Counted from the first letter of the stretch, positions 13,136-23,730 are shown. The stretch is DNA of 64,000 bases from Antedon mediterranea (GCF_964355755.1 NC_092670.1:23112795-23176794); one strand, 5' to 3'. Numbers and translations: made by a program. The notes: generated by a model from the sequence alone, not told the origin.

Positions 13136-16100
13136 ATGGATATGGAATTCATAACATTAGTTGGTATCTTTTTGTTGATTATCTTTACAATGATAATTTA
13201 TTTGTGTAAGAATGTGAATAAAGAAGTTACAAGTAAAAAGCAGATTTTTGTCAATACAACTGGTAATGTTAATAATGGAGTTATGGATAAGACAGCAGAA
13301 TTTAAAATAGTTGTTAATGACATCTTGGACCTACTTGATGAATGCTGTTCAACTGAGAATGTCAAAGACGACAGAAATGATGATACAGGTAATGTCAATT
13401 GTGAATTTATGAAAGATACAACTGAATTTAAAGGAATAATTGATGATATCATAAACATATTATCTTATGGTACAGAGGTCACTTCAGAGTTTGATGATAC
13501 ATGCGATTTCTGTAATATTGAAGTGAAAGTAGACGACAATTGCATAACATGTGACTGTTGTAGTCAATATTTTCATGTGAAATGTGTAAGAGATGTTTTT
13601 GAAGACAAACTATGTAATTCCAGGGTAATTTGGATTTGTTCAATGTGTGGGAATAGTAATTTTGTTAATAACATGTTGGGTGAAATAGGTATTCCCTGTC
13701 ATTTCAATAGATATACGATTCTAGAACCTGATGAATCTGTCACTGCAGACTTTCCAGAATTAACGAAAAATAAAGAAAAACGTTGTAATAATGCCACATT
13801 AAAATGTCAACAAACAGGAAGTGAAGATTTACTTGGTAGTGATTGGATGAGAGTAAGATCAAAGAAAAGAACCGACAACAAAAAAAAAAGATGTAAAAAT
13901 AGAGGAAATAAGAAAAGGAGAAAGCCCGTTATAAATGGTATAAGTTTAGAACCAGGTGTAAAATATATTGGCAAAGGTGTAAAAGATTTCTATGAAAGAC
14001 GAAATAATAACAAAATGGAATGGAATATGAATACAAATACTTACAGAGAATACAACAAAGAAAATTCTAAAACGAATGTATTGGGAAATTCACAAACAAT
14101 ATTTGACGACAGTGGTAGGCCTATGTGTGATGTTTTGAAAAATACAAAAGTAACAAACGGAATACAACAACAATCAGGTGGTGGTTCGAAACGTTTACGA
14201 AATAACAAAGGTCGTTTTGTCAAAACTAAGAAGATTGATAACAAAAAAGCACAAGGTAATGTGAATTTAAAGAATGATTGCGATACTATGAAAGATATAA
14301 AGAACATGGGTAATAATGACAATTCTGAAACGAAAACTGACGAGGATTTTAAAATAGAATGTACTGTAGAAAACGACAACACAGCGACTGACGATGCGAA
14401 AGCACAAAATAATAGCAAAATGAATGACAGAAGTAGAATAATTGATTGTAATGGTACAGATCATAAAAATCAAACATGTGCAAGTTGTGAATTTGAGGAA
14501 AATGAAGTATTGATAATTGATGACGGATGCAAAGAAGCAGTGACTGAAAAAATTAGGTCCCATACTAAACCTAAATGTGACCAACATACTATCGATCTGG
14601 ATATTGAAGTTTTAACAAAAAATAATTTTTCGGAAGAATTGATAATCTATGATGTACCAAAACAAAAAAATACACGAAATAGGCAGAAAACACTATCAAT
14701 AAATGAATTACAAGTATATAATAGTAATGAAAATATAACTGTAGCACAGGGTAATTTTAATCAAGGGAATTATAGATTTGGCTTTGCAAGTGGTAAACAG
14801 TGTGTTGCAAATAGTCTTGTAGCTATTCTTTATTCTACAAAGAGGAATGGAAATGATTTTTACACCAAAGACCTTGATACAATATTGACTCTTGGAAATG
14901 AGTTGTACCGTTACATTCAGAAAGATTCCACTATGCATGAGGACCTTTTGATGATTTCTGAACTGCCCAAAGAATTGGATATCTTGGATAACACATTTGT
15001 AATATCTCCAAAAGAATCAGTTTTTGGCATAATAGATGGAAATATCGAATTTATGGCTGAATATGGAGCCTTGTCATTAAACCAAGCTCTTGAACAAGAA
15101 TTACACCAACATGATGCATTTTTTATGAATTTCAACAGAAGCACATTTTCTATTATCAAACGTGTAAATGGATTTCTTATATTTGATCCACATGCAAGAG
15201 ATCGATTTGGTTGTGTTAGTGAGCATGGAAAGAGTATTTTACTTTACAGTACATCTTGGCAAGGTGTGTACGAATATTGTATTAGATTAGCAAGGTCAAT
15301 GAACTGTAATTTACATGAAACCGAGTTTGAACTGACCGGTGTAAATATTGAAAATAAGTCTATGATTTTATGTTCCGCTTCTGTGCTCGATGATAATTGT
15401 GAACAAAGCAACTTGGGAAATGTCGATATTGATGAACCTAGTACGTCTTATCAGTATAAATGTAGTACAAGATTACCAGAAAAAAATATTGATTCTAATG
15501 TTAAAGGCCAAAAACATAATAAAGAAGGTCATGTCTCATCAAGTAATGGATGGCAAAGTGATAGTGATATTGAAATTGTTAATGTTCAGTATGGAGAAAG
15601 ACCTGACAAGAATTTTAAATTTATTCCTATCTCAGAAACACAAAAGAAAAACATGTGTAATGAAGTAGGCATCCGTTGTGAACATACCGATAGGAATTCT
15701 GGTATTAACAGAGCTAGTCAGATTGGACATCCTCTTCAAATTACAAATATTACAGGTGATGGTAATTGTTTTTATCGTGCAATTTCATACATTATTTCTG
15801 GGACTGAAGATAATCATTTACTTTTAAGAAGAGCAATTACTAATCATTTATTGGAAACTGATGACTTATTTATTAATACATTTAGTCACGAATATAGATC
15901 AGTTAAGGAATATGTGTTTAAAAAAAGAGTAATGGATAATGGAACGTGGGCATCCAATACTGAAATAAGTGCAATGGCAAACTTGCTTAATACAGATATT
16001 TATTCATTTAATGATCAAATTTTAACGTGGCAATTGTTTTCTGCTAAAAAGCCGGGAAGAATAGATTATGTTACAACTGACAATGGTATATATATTTTGT

Positions 16101-19100
16101 ACACCATGAATGTGCATTTTAATGTAGTAGAATCTGTCAATGTGAGTCAAAATAATGTTCAGGAAACAACAGGACAAGTTGATATGAATGTGACATCCCA
16201 CAATAAACTCTCAAAAACAGAGGCGAATTTTTTGGTAAAGGATTCTACAACAAAGAAACGAAAGCAAACGGAAAAAGAACCATTTGAAGATATAGAACCA
16301 AAACACAAACAGAGTAAAACTGTTGAAAAACCTTGTTCAGAAAGCAGAGTAAAAATATTGAGCAGAAAACGAAAACAATCTTATAGAATTAAAAAAGAAA
16401 GAGAAAAGAATCGACAAAGAATTAAACGGGAAAGAGAAGAAAACAATAATTCAAAAGAAACAAATGAAATCGGAAACAAATATCAAAGTGATTCTGTATA
16501 CAGAGAGGAAAAAAAACGCAAAGTAAAAGAGGCACAAAAAATAAGATATGGTGATGATGATTATAAATTCCAAAAGAGGAAGGAAAACAGAGAAAGACAA
16601 CACAAAATGTATAAATGTAAACCTGAATATAATGTTAAGTTACGAAATAAAGCTAAACATAACTACAACATTGATTTGGGTTACCGAAAAACCAAAAAAG
16701 AAACCAAAAAGAATCGATACAACAATGATACAATGTTTAGGCATAAAACTATACAAAATAATAAACAAAGAAATAAGGAGAGGTATCACAATGATCCACA
16801 ATTTCGACAAAATTTGAAGCAAATATTATCAGAGAAGTATTGTAATAATTCACAATTCAGAGAAAACCTTACCCAAAAAATGGCAGAAAAGTATCGGAGT
16901 AATTTTAGATTTCGACAAAACCTTAAGCATAAATTGGCAGAGAAGTATCGGAATAATTTGAAATTTCGGCAAAACTGTAAGCAGAAATTGGCAGAGAAGT
17001 ATCGGAGTAATTTGAAATTTAGACAAAACTGTAAAGAAAAATTGGCTGAAAAGTATCGGAGTAATTTGAAATTTAGACAAAAATGCAAAGACGAATTGGC
17101 AGAAAAGTATAGGAATAATTTGAAATTTAGACAAAAATCCAAAGACAAATTGGCAGAAAAGTATAGGAGTAATTTGAAATTTAGACAAAAATGTAAACAA
17201 AAATTGGCTGAGAAATATCGAGGTAATTTAAAATTCCGTCAAAGGTGTAAGCAAAAGTGTAAGCAAAGATTTACAGAAAAGTATCATGGTGATGAAGGGT
17301 TCCGGAAAAAAATCATGAAGAAAAATATGAAAAATCGGGAAAAAATCAAAACAGAAAACACTAATTTTAATATTGTTTTAGAAAACTTCAAGAAAACAGT
17401 TTCTCGTGGTCCTGAATATGTTTGTTGTGTTTGCTTTAAATTGTTATTCAAAGATCAAGTTATGAAGTGCATCAAAGCTAAATACAAAAATCAGGCTTGT
17501 ATAAATGAAAAGTATTTGCATATTTGCAATAATGAAAGTAATAAACATTGTCAATTTGTCGAATCACCAAGGTGTTGTTTATGGATTTGTTTCACATGCC
17601 ACAGGAAAATGTTAAACGGGAAAGTTCCTGCAGAAGCCAATTCAAACAATTTACAACTACACGATATTCCTCCTGAGCTCAGGTGTTTAAATAATTTAGA
17701 GCAGCATTTGATTGGATTAAACATTCCTTTTATGAAATTAATGAATTTACCTAAAGGTGGACAGCATGGAATACATGGACCTGTTGTATGTGTACCTTCA
17801 AATACTATTGAAACTGTTAAAATGCTGCCTAGACCACAGGTTGATGATCAATTAATATCCGTAAAATTGAAGCGAAAGTTGTCTTACAAAGGTTATTACA
17901 AATATAAATTTGTTAACACTGCCAATGTTATTCAAGCTCTTAAATATTTACAAGATCATAACAAGTGCTATTTTGATATAGCTATTAATGAAGAATGGCA
18001 CAATTATTTATCTGAAGATTACATCGAAAGTGAAACTACTAATGAAGATGAAAACAATGAAGAAGAAGAAAAAGAAGAAGAAGTAGAAGATCGATTATGT
18101 GGTGTTACCTTTGATACAAGTCTTCAACCTGTTGACAGGCGACAGAATTTGGTTGATGAATATTTTAATGACATAATTTGTTGTGCACCATGTGAAAATA
18201 ATAGTCCTATTGCATTGTTAAGTAATAAAAGCAATGAAGCAAAATCATTTCCAGTGTTATTTCCAACAGGACAACCAACATTCCATGATACGAGAGATGT
18301 TAAAATAACACTTGGACGTTATTTTCACAATAGATTAATGCATATAGATAACAGGTTTGCACAAAATACAGAATTCATATTTTATGCTCAATCTTTATAT
18401 GAACTTCAACAAATTTTATCAAGTATTTCCATTGCATTGCGAAAAGGGTCAAGTAAAAAAGATGATTTTAGCAAAGTTACTGTATCCGATTTAAAAAATG
18501 TTACCAAAATTCAGGAGATTTTAAAATCTGATAGGGGTTATAAATTTCTAAAACAAATTCGTGGAACTCCACCGTACTGGCAAGCTACACAAAAAGATAT
18601 AATAGCAATGGTTAGACAGATTGGAAAACCAACATTCTTTCTTTCATTCTCAAGTGCTGATTTCCGTTGGAAAGAAATAATGACGACATTGCTAAGTCAG
18701 TCTGGAGACCAAAGAAACATTGAAGAATTAGAATGGGCAGATAAATGTAATTTGTTGAAATCAAATCCAGTGACTGTTGCCAGAATGTTTGATAAACGCT
18801 TTCATACTTTTTTGAAAAATGTAATTTTGTCTGAAGCACAGCCTATTGGTAAAGTCGTAGATTATTTTTACCGAATTGAATTTCAAATGAGAGGAAGTCC
18901 ACATGTTCATATGTTAGTATGGGTTGAAAATGCTCCTATTTTTGGTACAGATAAAGATAATGAAGTTATTAATTTTGTTGATAAATATATTTCTTGTGCT
19001 GTGCCATGTGAAACTGTAGATCCTGAACTGAATGAAATTGTTAAAAGTGTGCAAATTCACAGTAAAAGACATTCTAAATCATGTAAAAAAAAGGGAACAA

Positions 19101-22100
19101 ATTGCAGATTTAACTTTCCCAGACAACCTTCTGGAAATACATTTGTTATGAGACCTACAATTGTGGATAAAGACAATGATGATAATGATGACAATAAACA
19201 AGCAATGGAGCTGTTAACCTCAGTAAAAGATGCTGTGACTAATGAAGAAACATATAAAAATGCAATAGAACTTTTCCAAAGTTTAGGTATTACACAGAGT
19301 GCATTTGAGAAAGCAAATAATTGTGTAGCTACTGAGGAAAAAATTGTTATAAAGAGAAACCCTCAAGATGTGTGGGTAAATCAATATAATCCTTCCTTAT
19401 TGAGAGCATGGAATGCTAATATGGATATTCAATATATTACAAATGTATATGCATGTATAATTTACGTTATAGGATATATGTCAAAATCTGAACGTGAAAT
19501 GGGTTTACTGTTAAATCATGCAGCATCAGAAGTAAAAGAAGGCAATGAAGATGCTAGGCAAAGTTTGCGAAAACTTGGTAATGTTTATATGAATAATCGA
19601 GAAGTGTCTGCACAAGAAAGTATTTATCGTGTTTGTAGTTTAAGATTAAAAGAATGTTCAAGGAAAGTTGAGTTTATCCCAGTAGGACCTAATCCTGTCA
19701 GAATGAGTTTACCACTAAGTGTAATTAAAAACAAAGAAGATGATGATGTAAGTGCATGGTTGCCAAATAAGATCGACAAATATAAAGCTCGACCTAATAG
19801 TTCTGAATTTAATAAAATGTGCCTTGCAAAATTTTGTTCGGAATATAGAATATTGAGTTCATCAGAAATGAAAGGAAACAAACAAAAAAAGAATGTATTT
19901 CAGTTAAAAAAACAGTTGGGATTCATCCAAAAAAGAACACGAACTAGTAATGCTATAGTAAGATACCCTCGATTTCCAATGGATACAGCACCTGAGAAAT
20001 ATTTTTTGAGTATACTTCAGTTATTTCTACCATTTCGAAAAGATGAACAGTTAAAACCTCCAAATTTTGAAACGTACGAACAATTTCATGAGGAAGGATG
20101 TGTGAAATTATGTGACTGTCAATTACAAACGGTAAAGTCAATAGTTCATGGAAACATGGAACAATATGAAAAAAGTGCTGATGATGTTGAAGAAGCACAG
20201 GAATGTTTATCAAAATTTGGACCACAAGAAGATGCATGGAGCCTATTATGTCCAGAAAGTGAAAAAGAAAGGTTAGACAACCCAAAGCCTAATGTAGAGG
20301 TTGATGATGAAGAAGATGAATTTTTCATTCCAGATTTTGGAATTCAAAAAAATCATACATCTAAAGTAGAATCTAACTCATCTAATATTCCAAGACCAGA
20401 ATTGAACAAAATGATTCGATCTTTAAATGAAAAACAACAACATATATTTTATAAGACAAGACAATGGTGTTTAGACAAAGCTAATGGTAAAAAACCTGAA
20501 GCATTTTACACTTTCATAACTGGTGGCGCTGGTACAGGAAAAAGTCATTTGGTAAACTGTATTTATAATGAAGCGACACGTATTCTTGGAAAAATTATGG
20601 AAAATCCCGATGATTTGTCAATATTGAAATTAGCTCCTACAGGAATCGCAGCATATAATATTAAAGGCCAAACAATTCATAGCGCTTTGTCTATCCCGAT
20701 TAATATTTCACTTCCGTATCAACCACTTGGAGAAGAAAAAATAAGTGCACTTCGTAATCAGTTGCGTCAGTTGCAAATTGTTATTATAGATGAAATATCA
20801 ATGGTAAATCAAAGGTTACTTTGGTATATCCACGGACGATTAAGGCAAATAAAACAAGTACGCAACGATAGTCCATTTGGTAACATTTCAGTAATTGCTG
20901 TTGGTGATTTTTATCAGTTACCCCCAGTGATGGGCAGTTCGTTATATAAAGACACATTGGAAAGCTCACTGTGGTTAGATAACTTTAAGCAAATACAGTT
21001 AGACCAAATCATGAGACAAAAAGAAGATAAAGAATTTGCTTTATTGTTAAACAAATTGCGTACAAAAGAAAAACATGATTGTTTGTCTGATAACGATTTA
21101 TTTGTTTTAAAATCACGTGAAACAGGGGAAGAATGTGAAGATGCTGTTCATATTTACCCACGCAATAAACAAGTTGATGAATGGAATAAAAAAATGTTGC
21201 ACAAAATCTGTACAGACATTGTATGCATTGAAGCAGAAGATAGTGTAGTAAACGCCAAGAAACAGAGCAAAATTTGTGACAAACCTCGGAATTCACGTCA
21301 AACTAGTTTACTAAATTATTTGTGGATTGCACTTAATGCCAGAGTGATGTTGATTAAAAATGTAGATGTTAAAAAAGGCTTGACGAATGGATGTATGGGA
21401 CATGTTTATGAAATAGTCAAACCCAATAATAACGCCAAACCAGTATCTATTAAAGTAAAGTTTGATAATAATGAAATCGGTGTTCAGGCAATTGAAATGT
21501 TTAAAGAATCTATGGGGAATAAATATAGTCGAAAACAATTTCCTCTCAAATTAGCATATGCATGCACAGTTCATAAAGTCCAAGGATTGACAATGAATGA
21601 AGCAGTAGTTTGCCTTAAAAATACATTTGCACCTGGACAAGCATACGTAGCCCTCAGTCGTGTTACTTCAATATCTGGACTTACTATTGAACATCTTAAT
21701 CCTAATCTGATTTATTGTGATCCAAATATAAAGAAATGCTTAAATAATATGGATTCATATGTACAATGTGAAAATCAAGGTCATGATTCGGATTCTAAAT
21801 TTTCAATAATGTTACATAATATTCAAGGACTTAAGCAACATTTTGCTGATCTTCAGTGCAATGATTTGTTTATGAATTCTAGTATCATATGTCTGACTGA
21901 AACGTGGTTGAATAAAGATGAAGATGTTTTTGAAGTAAATATTCAGCCGTATAAATTGTATCACCAAGCAAGGTATGATTCGTATTCTAATAGAAATGAT
22001 CTGAGTTCCAAATTGAAAAATCAGGCTCATGGCGGTGTTGCAGTGTATACCAAAAACACGTTTTCAAGCAGATTAAACATACCTAATTATGATATAGAAG

Positions 22101-22453
22101 CAGTTTCATTTTTAATAACAAGTCCAATTTCAGTTTCCGTGTCAGTAATTTATCGACCCCCAAGCTATGATATTAATCAATTCTGTCAAAATTTGAGAAA
22201 ATATTTGGAAGAGTTACAAAAAGTGAGTACAAAATGTATTTTAATGGGTGATTTTAATGAAAATCTTTTCAAACAATCTTCCAGAGTGAAAAATTTAATG
22301 TCAGAGAATGAGTACCGACAACATGTTACATGTTCCACCACTGAAAACAATACATTGATTGATCATGTCTATAGCAAAGGTCTTGATTCAGTACAGGCTG
22401 AAGTAATTCCAATTTATTATAGCTATCATGAAGCCATTCACATTAAATTTTAA
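13136..22453 (+). CDS. Helentron RepHel transposase polyprotein, 3105 aa (PHD - C76-like DUB - OTU - basic repeats - HUH Rep - Pif1 helicase - EEP/APE endonuclease)
   Basis: PHD CxxC..CDCC..HxxC..WICxxC (~13502-13648). QGNFNQG..FG..SGKQC..N and FDPH (~14740-15345). OTU GDGNCFYRAIS..WA..HF (~15745-16130). Rep PTFFLSFS, YRIEFQMRGSPHVH, YVIGYMSK (~18560-19490). Pif1 GGAGTGKS, IIDEISMV, GDFYQLPPV, HKVQGLT, GQAYVALSRV (~20520-21665). Endonuclease NIQG, LTETWL, IYRPP, GDFN, IDH, SYH (~21800-22450). RGSPH plus an endonuclease indicates Helentron. Confidence 0.95.
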   Translation: MDMEFITLVGIFLLIIFTMIIYLCKNVNKEVTSKKQIFVNTTGNVNNGVMDKTAEFKIVVNDILDLLDECCSTENVKDDRNDDTGNVNCEFMKDTTEFKGIIDDIINILSYGTEVTSEFDDTCDFCNIEVKVDDNCITCDCCSQYFHVKCVRDVFEDKLCNSRVIWICSMCGNSNFVNNMLGEIGIPCHFNRYTILEPDESVTADFPELTKNKEKRCNNATLKCQQTGSEDLLGSDWMRVRSKKRTDNKKKRCKNRGNKKRRKPVINGISLEPGVKYIGKGVKDFYERRNNNKMEWNMNTNTYREYNKENSKTNVLGNSQTIFDDSGRPMCDVLKNTKVTNGIQQQSGGGSKRLRNNKGRFVKTKKIDNKKAQGNVNLKNDCDTMKDIKNMGNNDNSETKTDEDFKIECTVENDNTATDDAKAQNNSKMNDRSRIIDCNGTDHKNQTCASCEFEENEVLIIDDGCKEAVTEKIRSHTKPKCDQHTIDLDIEVLTKNNFSEELIIYDVPKQKNTRNRQKTLSINELQVYNSNENITVAQGNFNQGNYRFGFASGKQCVANSLVAILYSTKRNGNDFYTKDLDTILTLGNELYRYIQKDSTMHEDLLMISELPKELDILDNTFVISPKESVFGIIDGNIEFMAEYGALSLNQALEQELHQHDAFFMNFNRSTFSIIKRVNGFLIFDPHARDRFGCVSEHGKSILLYSTSWQGVYEYCIRLARSMNCNLHETEFELTGVNIENKSMILCSASVLDDNCEQSNLGNVDIDEPSTSYQYKCSTRLPEKNIDSNVKGQKHNKEGHVSSSNGWQSDSDIEIVNVQYGERPDKNFKFIPISETQKKNMCNEVGIRCEHTDRNSGINRASQIGHPLQITNITGDGNCFYRAISYIISGTEDNHLLLRRAITNHLLETDDLFINTFSHEYRSVKEYVFKKRVMDNGTWASNTEISAMANLLNTDIYSFNDQILTWQLFSAKKPGRIDYVTTDNGIYILYTMNVHFNVVESVNVSQNNVQETTGQVDMNVTSHNKLSKTEANFLVKDSTTKKRKQTEKEPFEDIEPKHKQSKTVEKPCSESRVKILSRKRKQSYRIKKEREKNRQRIKREREENNNSKETNEIGNKYQSDSVYREEKKRKVKEAQKIRYGDDDYKFQKRKENRERQHKMYKCKPEYNVKLRNKAKHNYNIDLGYRKTKKETKKNRYNNDTMFRHKTIQNNKQRNKERYHNDPQFRQNLKQILSEKYCNNSQFRENLTQKMAEKYRSNFRFRQNLKHKLAEKYRNNLKFRQNCKQKLAEKYRSNLKFRQNCKEKLAEKYRSNLKFRQKCKDELAEKYRNNLKFRQKSKDKLAEKYRSNLKFRQKCKQKLAEKYRGNLKFRQRCKQKCKQRFTEKYHGDEGFRKKIMKKNMKNREKIKTENTNFNIVLENFKKTVSRGPEYVCCVCFKLLFKDQVMKCIKAKYKNQACINEKYLHICNNESNKHCQFVESPRCCLWICFTCHRKMLNGKVPAEANSNNLQLHDIPPELRCLNNLEQHLIGLNIPFMKLMNLPKGGQHGIHGPVVCVPSNTIETVKMLPRPQVDDQLISVKLKRKLSYKGYYKYKFVNTANVIQALKYLQDHNKCYFDIAINEEWHNYLSEDYIESETTNEDENNEEEEKEEEVEDRLCGVTFDTSLQPVDRRQNLVDEYFNDIICCAPCENNSPIALLSNKSNEAKSFPVLFPTGQPTFHDTRDVKITLGRYFHNRLMHIDNRFAQNTEFIFYAQSLYELQQILSSISIALRKGSSKKDDFSKVTVSDLKNVTKIQEILKSDRGYKFLKQIRGTPPYWQATQKDIIAMVRQIGKPTFFLSFSSADFRWKEIMTTLLSQSGDQRNIEELEWADKCNLLKSNPVTVARMFDKRFHTFLKNVILSEAQPIGKVVDYFYRIEFQMRGSPHVHMLVWVENAPIFGTDKDNEVINFVDKYISCAVPCETVDPELNEIVKSVQIHSKRHSKSCKKKGTNCRFNFPRQPSGNTFVMRPTIVDKDNDDNDDNKQAMELLTSVKDAVTNEETYKNAIELFQSLGITQSAFEKANNCVATEEKIVIKRNPQDVWVNQYNPSLLRAWNANMDIQYITNVYACIIYVIGYMSKSEREMGLLLNHAASEVKEGNEDARQSLRKLGNVYMNNREVSAQESIYRVCSLRLKECSRKVEFIPVGPNPVRMSLPLSVIKNKEDDDVSAWLPNKIDKYKARPNSSEFNKMCLAKFCSEYRILSSSEMKGNKQKKNVFQLKKQLGFIQKRTRTSNAIVRYPRFPMDTAPEKYFLSILQLFLPFRKDEQLKPPNFETYEQFHEEGCVKLCDCQLQTVKSIVHGNMEQYEKSADDVEEAQECLSKFGPQEDAWSLLCPESEKERLDNPKPNVEVDDEEDEFFIPDFGIQKNHTSKVESNSSNIPRPELNKMIRSLNEKQQHIFYKTRQWCLDKANGKKPEAFYTFITGGAGTGKSHLVNCIYNEATRILGKIMENPDDLSILKLAPTGIAAYNIKGQTIHSALSIPINISLPYQPLGEEKISALRNQLRQLQIVIIDEISMVNQRLLWYIHGRLRQIKQVRNDSPFGNISVIAVGDFYQLPPVMGSSLYKDTLESSLWLDNFKQIQLDQIMRQKEDKEFALLLNKLRTKEKHDCLSDNDLFVLKSRETGEECEDAVHIYPRNKQVDEWNKKMLHKICTDIVCIEAEDSVVNAKKQSKICDKPRNSRQTSLLNYLWIALNARVMLIKNVDVKKGLTNGCMGHVYEIVKPNNNAKPVSIKVKFDNNEIGVQAIEMFKESMGNKYSRKQFPLKLAYACTVHKVQGLTMNEAVVCLKNTFAPGQAYVALSRVTSISGLTIEHLNPNLIYCDPNIKKCLNNMDSYVQCENQGHDSDSKFSIMLHNIQGLKQHFADLQCNDLFMNSSIICLTETWLNKDEDVFEVNIQPYKLYHQARYDSYSNRNDLSSKLKNQAHGGVAVYTKNTFSSRLNIPNYDIEAVSFLITSPISVSVSVIYRPPSYDINQFCQNLRKYLEELQKVSTKCILMGDFNENLFKQSSRVKNLMSENEYRQHVTCSTTENNTLIDHVYSKGLDSVQAEVIPIYYSYHEAIHIKF
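16780..17300 (+). repeat. In-frame 54-bp repeat encoding 18-aa basic units (KLAEKYRSNLKFRQNCKQ)
   Basis: Seven KYR-type units plus degenerate flanking units are visible in the translation. Confidence 0.9.
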
Positions 22454-22600
22454 TTGCAGCAATGGTTTTGGAATTATATTTCTGTGAATAGAATTCAGAA
22501 TAGAATACTATAAAAAACTTTTTAAGAATTGAAAATAGAACTGGAAATCATGAAAAAAAAAAACAATTTGATAAAAACAAGCTGACAATAATTATGACTC

Positions 22601-23730
22601 TCTATGCACAAGGGGCAGCGAGTAATCTGTAACTTCAACCCATGTCATTCTCCTGTATAGGAAAATCAAAATCTGGTGAATAAACACATTTTAATCTTGT
22701 TTTTATGTGAGTTATTATTATAAATATTGTTCTGAATTTGAATATGCAATGTTGCAATCTGTGCACATAACAATTGTTCAATAATTACCGGTATTCAAAT
22801 AATGTTAAAAATAAAAAGTTAAATTTCACAGAAGAAAATACGTTTTATTTTATACGATCACCAATACTCCATTAGGTCTATCCATAATTTCATTTGTATC
22901 ATTGTTTTTTTTATATTATTTTTTTATCTATCCAGGTCCACATGAAATTACTAATACAGTAATTTACTCATTTGGAAGAATAATCAATTATTATCTATGC
23001 AAGAGGGGCAGCGAATAATATGTAACTTCAACTCATGTCATTCTCCTGTATAGGGGAAACAATATCTGGTGAGTCAACACATTTTAATCTTGTTTTTATG
23101 TGAGTTATATAATATTGTTCTGAATTTGAAAATGCAATCTTTCAATATCTACCGGTATTCAAGCAATGTTAAAAATAAAAAGTTACATTTTACAGAAGAA
23201 GAAAAAACGTTTTGTTTTATACGATTACCAATACTTTATTAGGTCTATACATACTTTCAGTTGTATAACTGTTTTTAATAATTTTTTTCTATCTATCCAG
23301 GTCCACATGAAATTACTAATACAGTAATTTATTCATTTGCAAGAATAATCAATTCATTATCTATGCACGAGGAGCAGCGAATAATGTGTAACTTCAACCA
23401 TGTTATTCTCCTGTATAGGAGAAACAATATCTGGTGAGTAAACACATTTTAATCTTGTTTTTATATGAGTTATATTATTATAAATATTGTTCTGAATTTG
23501 AATATGCAATGTTGCAATCTGCACATAATAATCTTTCAATATCTACCAATATTCAAGTAATGTTAAAAATAAAAAGTTACATTTTACAGAAGAAGAAAAT
23601 ACGTTTTGTTTTATACGATTACCAATACTTCATTAGGTCTATACATACTTTCAGTTTTTTTTTCTATCTATGCAGGTCCACATGAAATTACTTATACAGC
23701 AATTTATTCATTTGCAAGAATAATCAATTC
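22601..23730 (+). repeat. Three tandem ~365-395-bp repeats downstream of the RepHel stop, with candidate microexons
   Basis: Units begin TCTATGCA at 22601, 22994 and 23360. TCTCCTGTATAG|15 nt|GTGA[AG]T at 22661-22675, 23054-23068 and 23419-23433. A strong acceptor TTTTGTTTTGGTTTTTAG| lies at 23749, with AATAAA at 23923. Confidence 0.8.

Noticed and set aside
14740-15345. Endogenous herpesvirus
   Set aside because: The C76-like domain is fused in frame within RepHel and no other viral genes are present.
13198-22030. Antisense and alternate-frame ORFs within RepHel (also 56757-63997)
   Set aside because: Shadows of a long biased ORF and its 54-bp repeats. Recurrence in copy 2 reflects DNA identity only.
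21800-22453. LINE retrotransposon
   Set aside because: The endonuclease is C-terminal to Pif1 and there is no reverse transcriptase; this is the Helentron arrangement.
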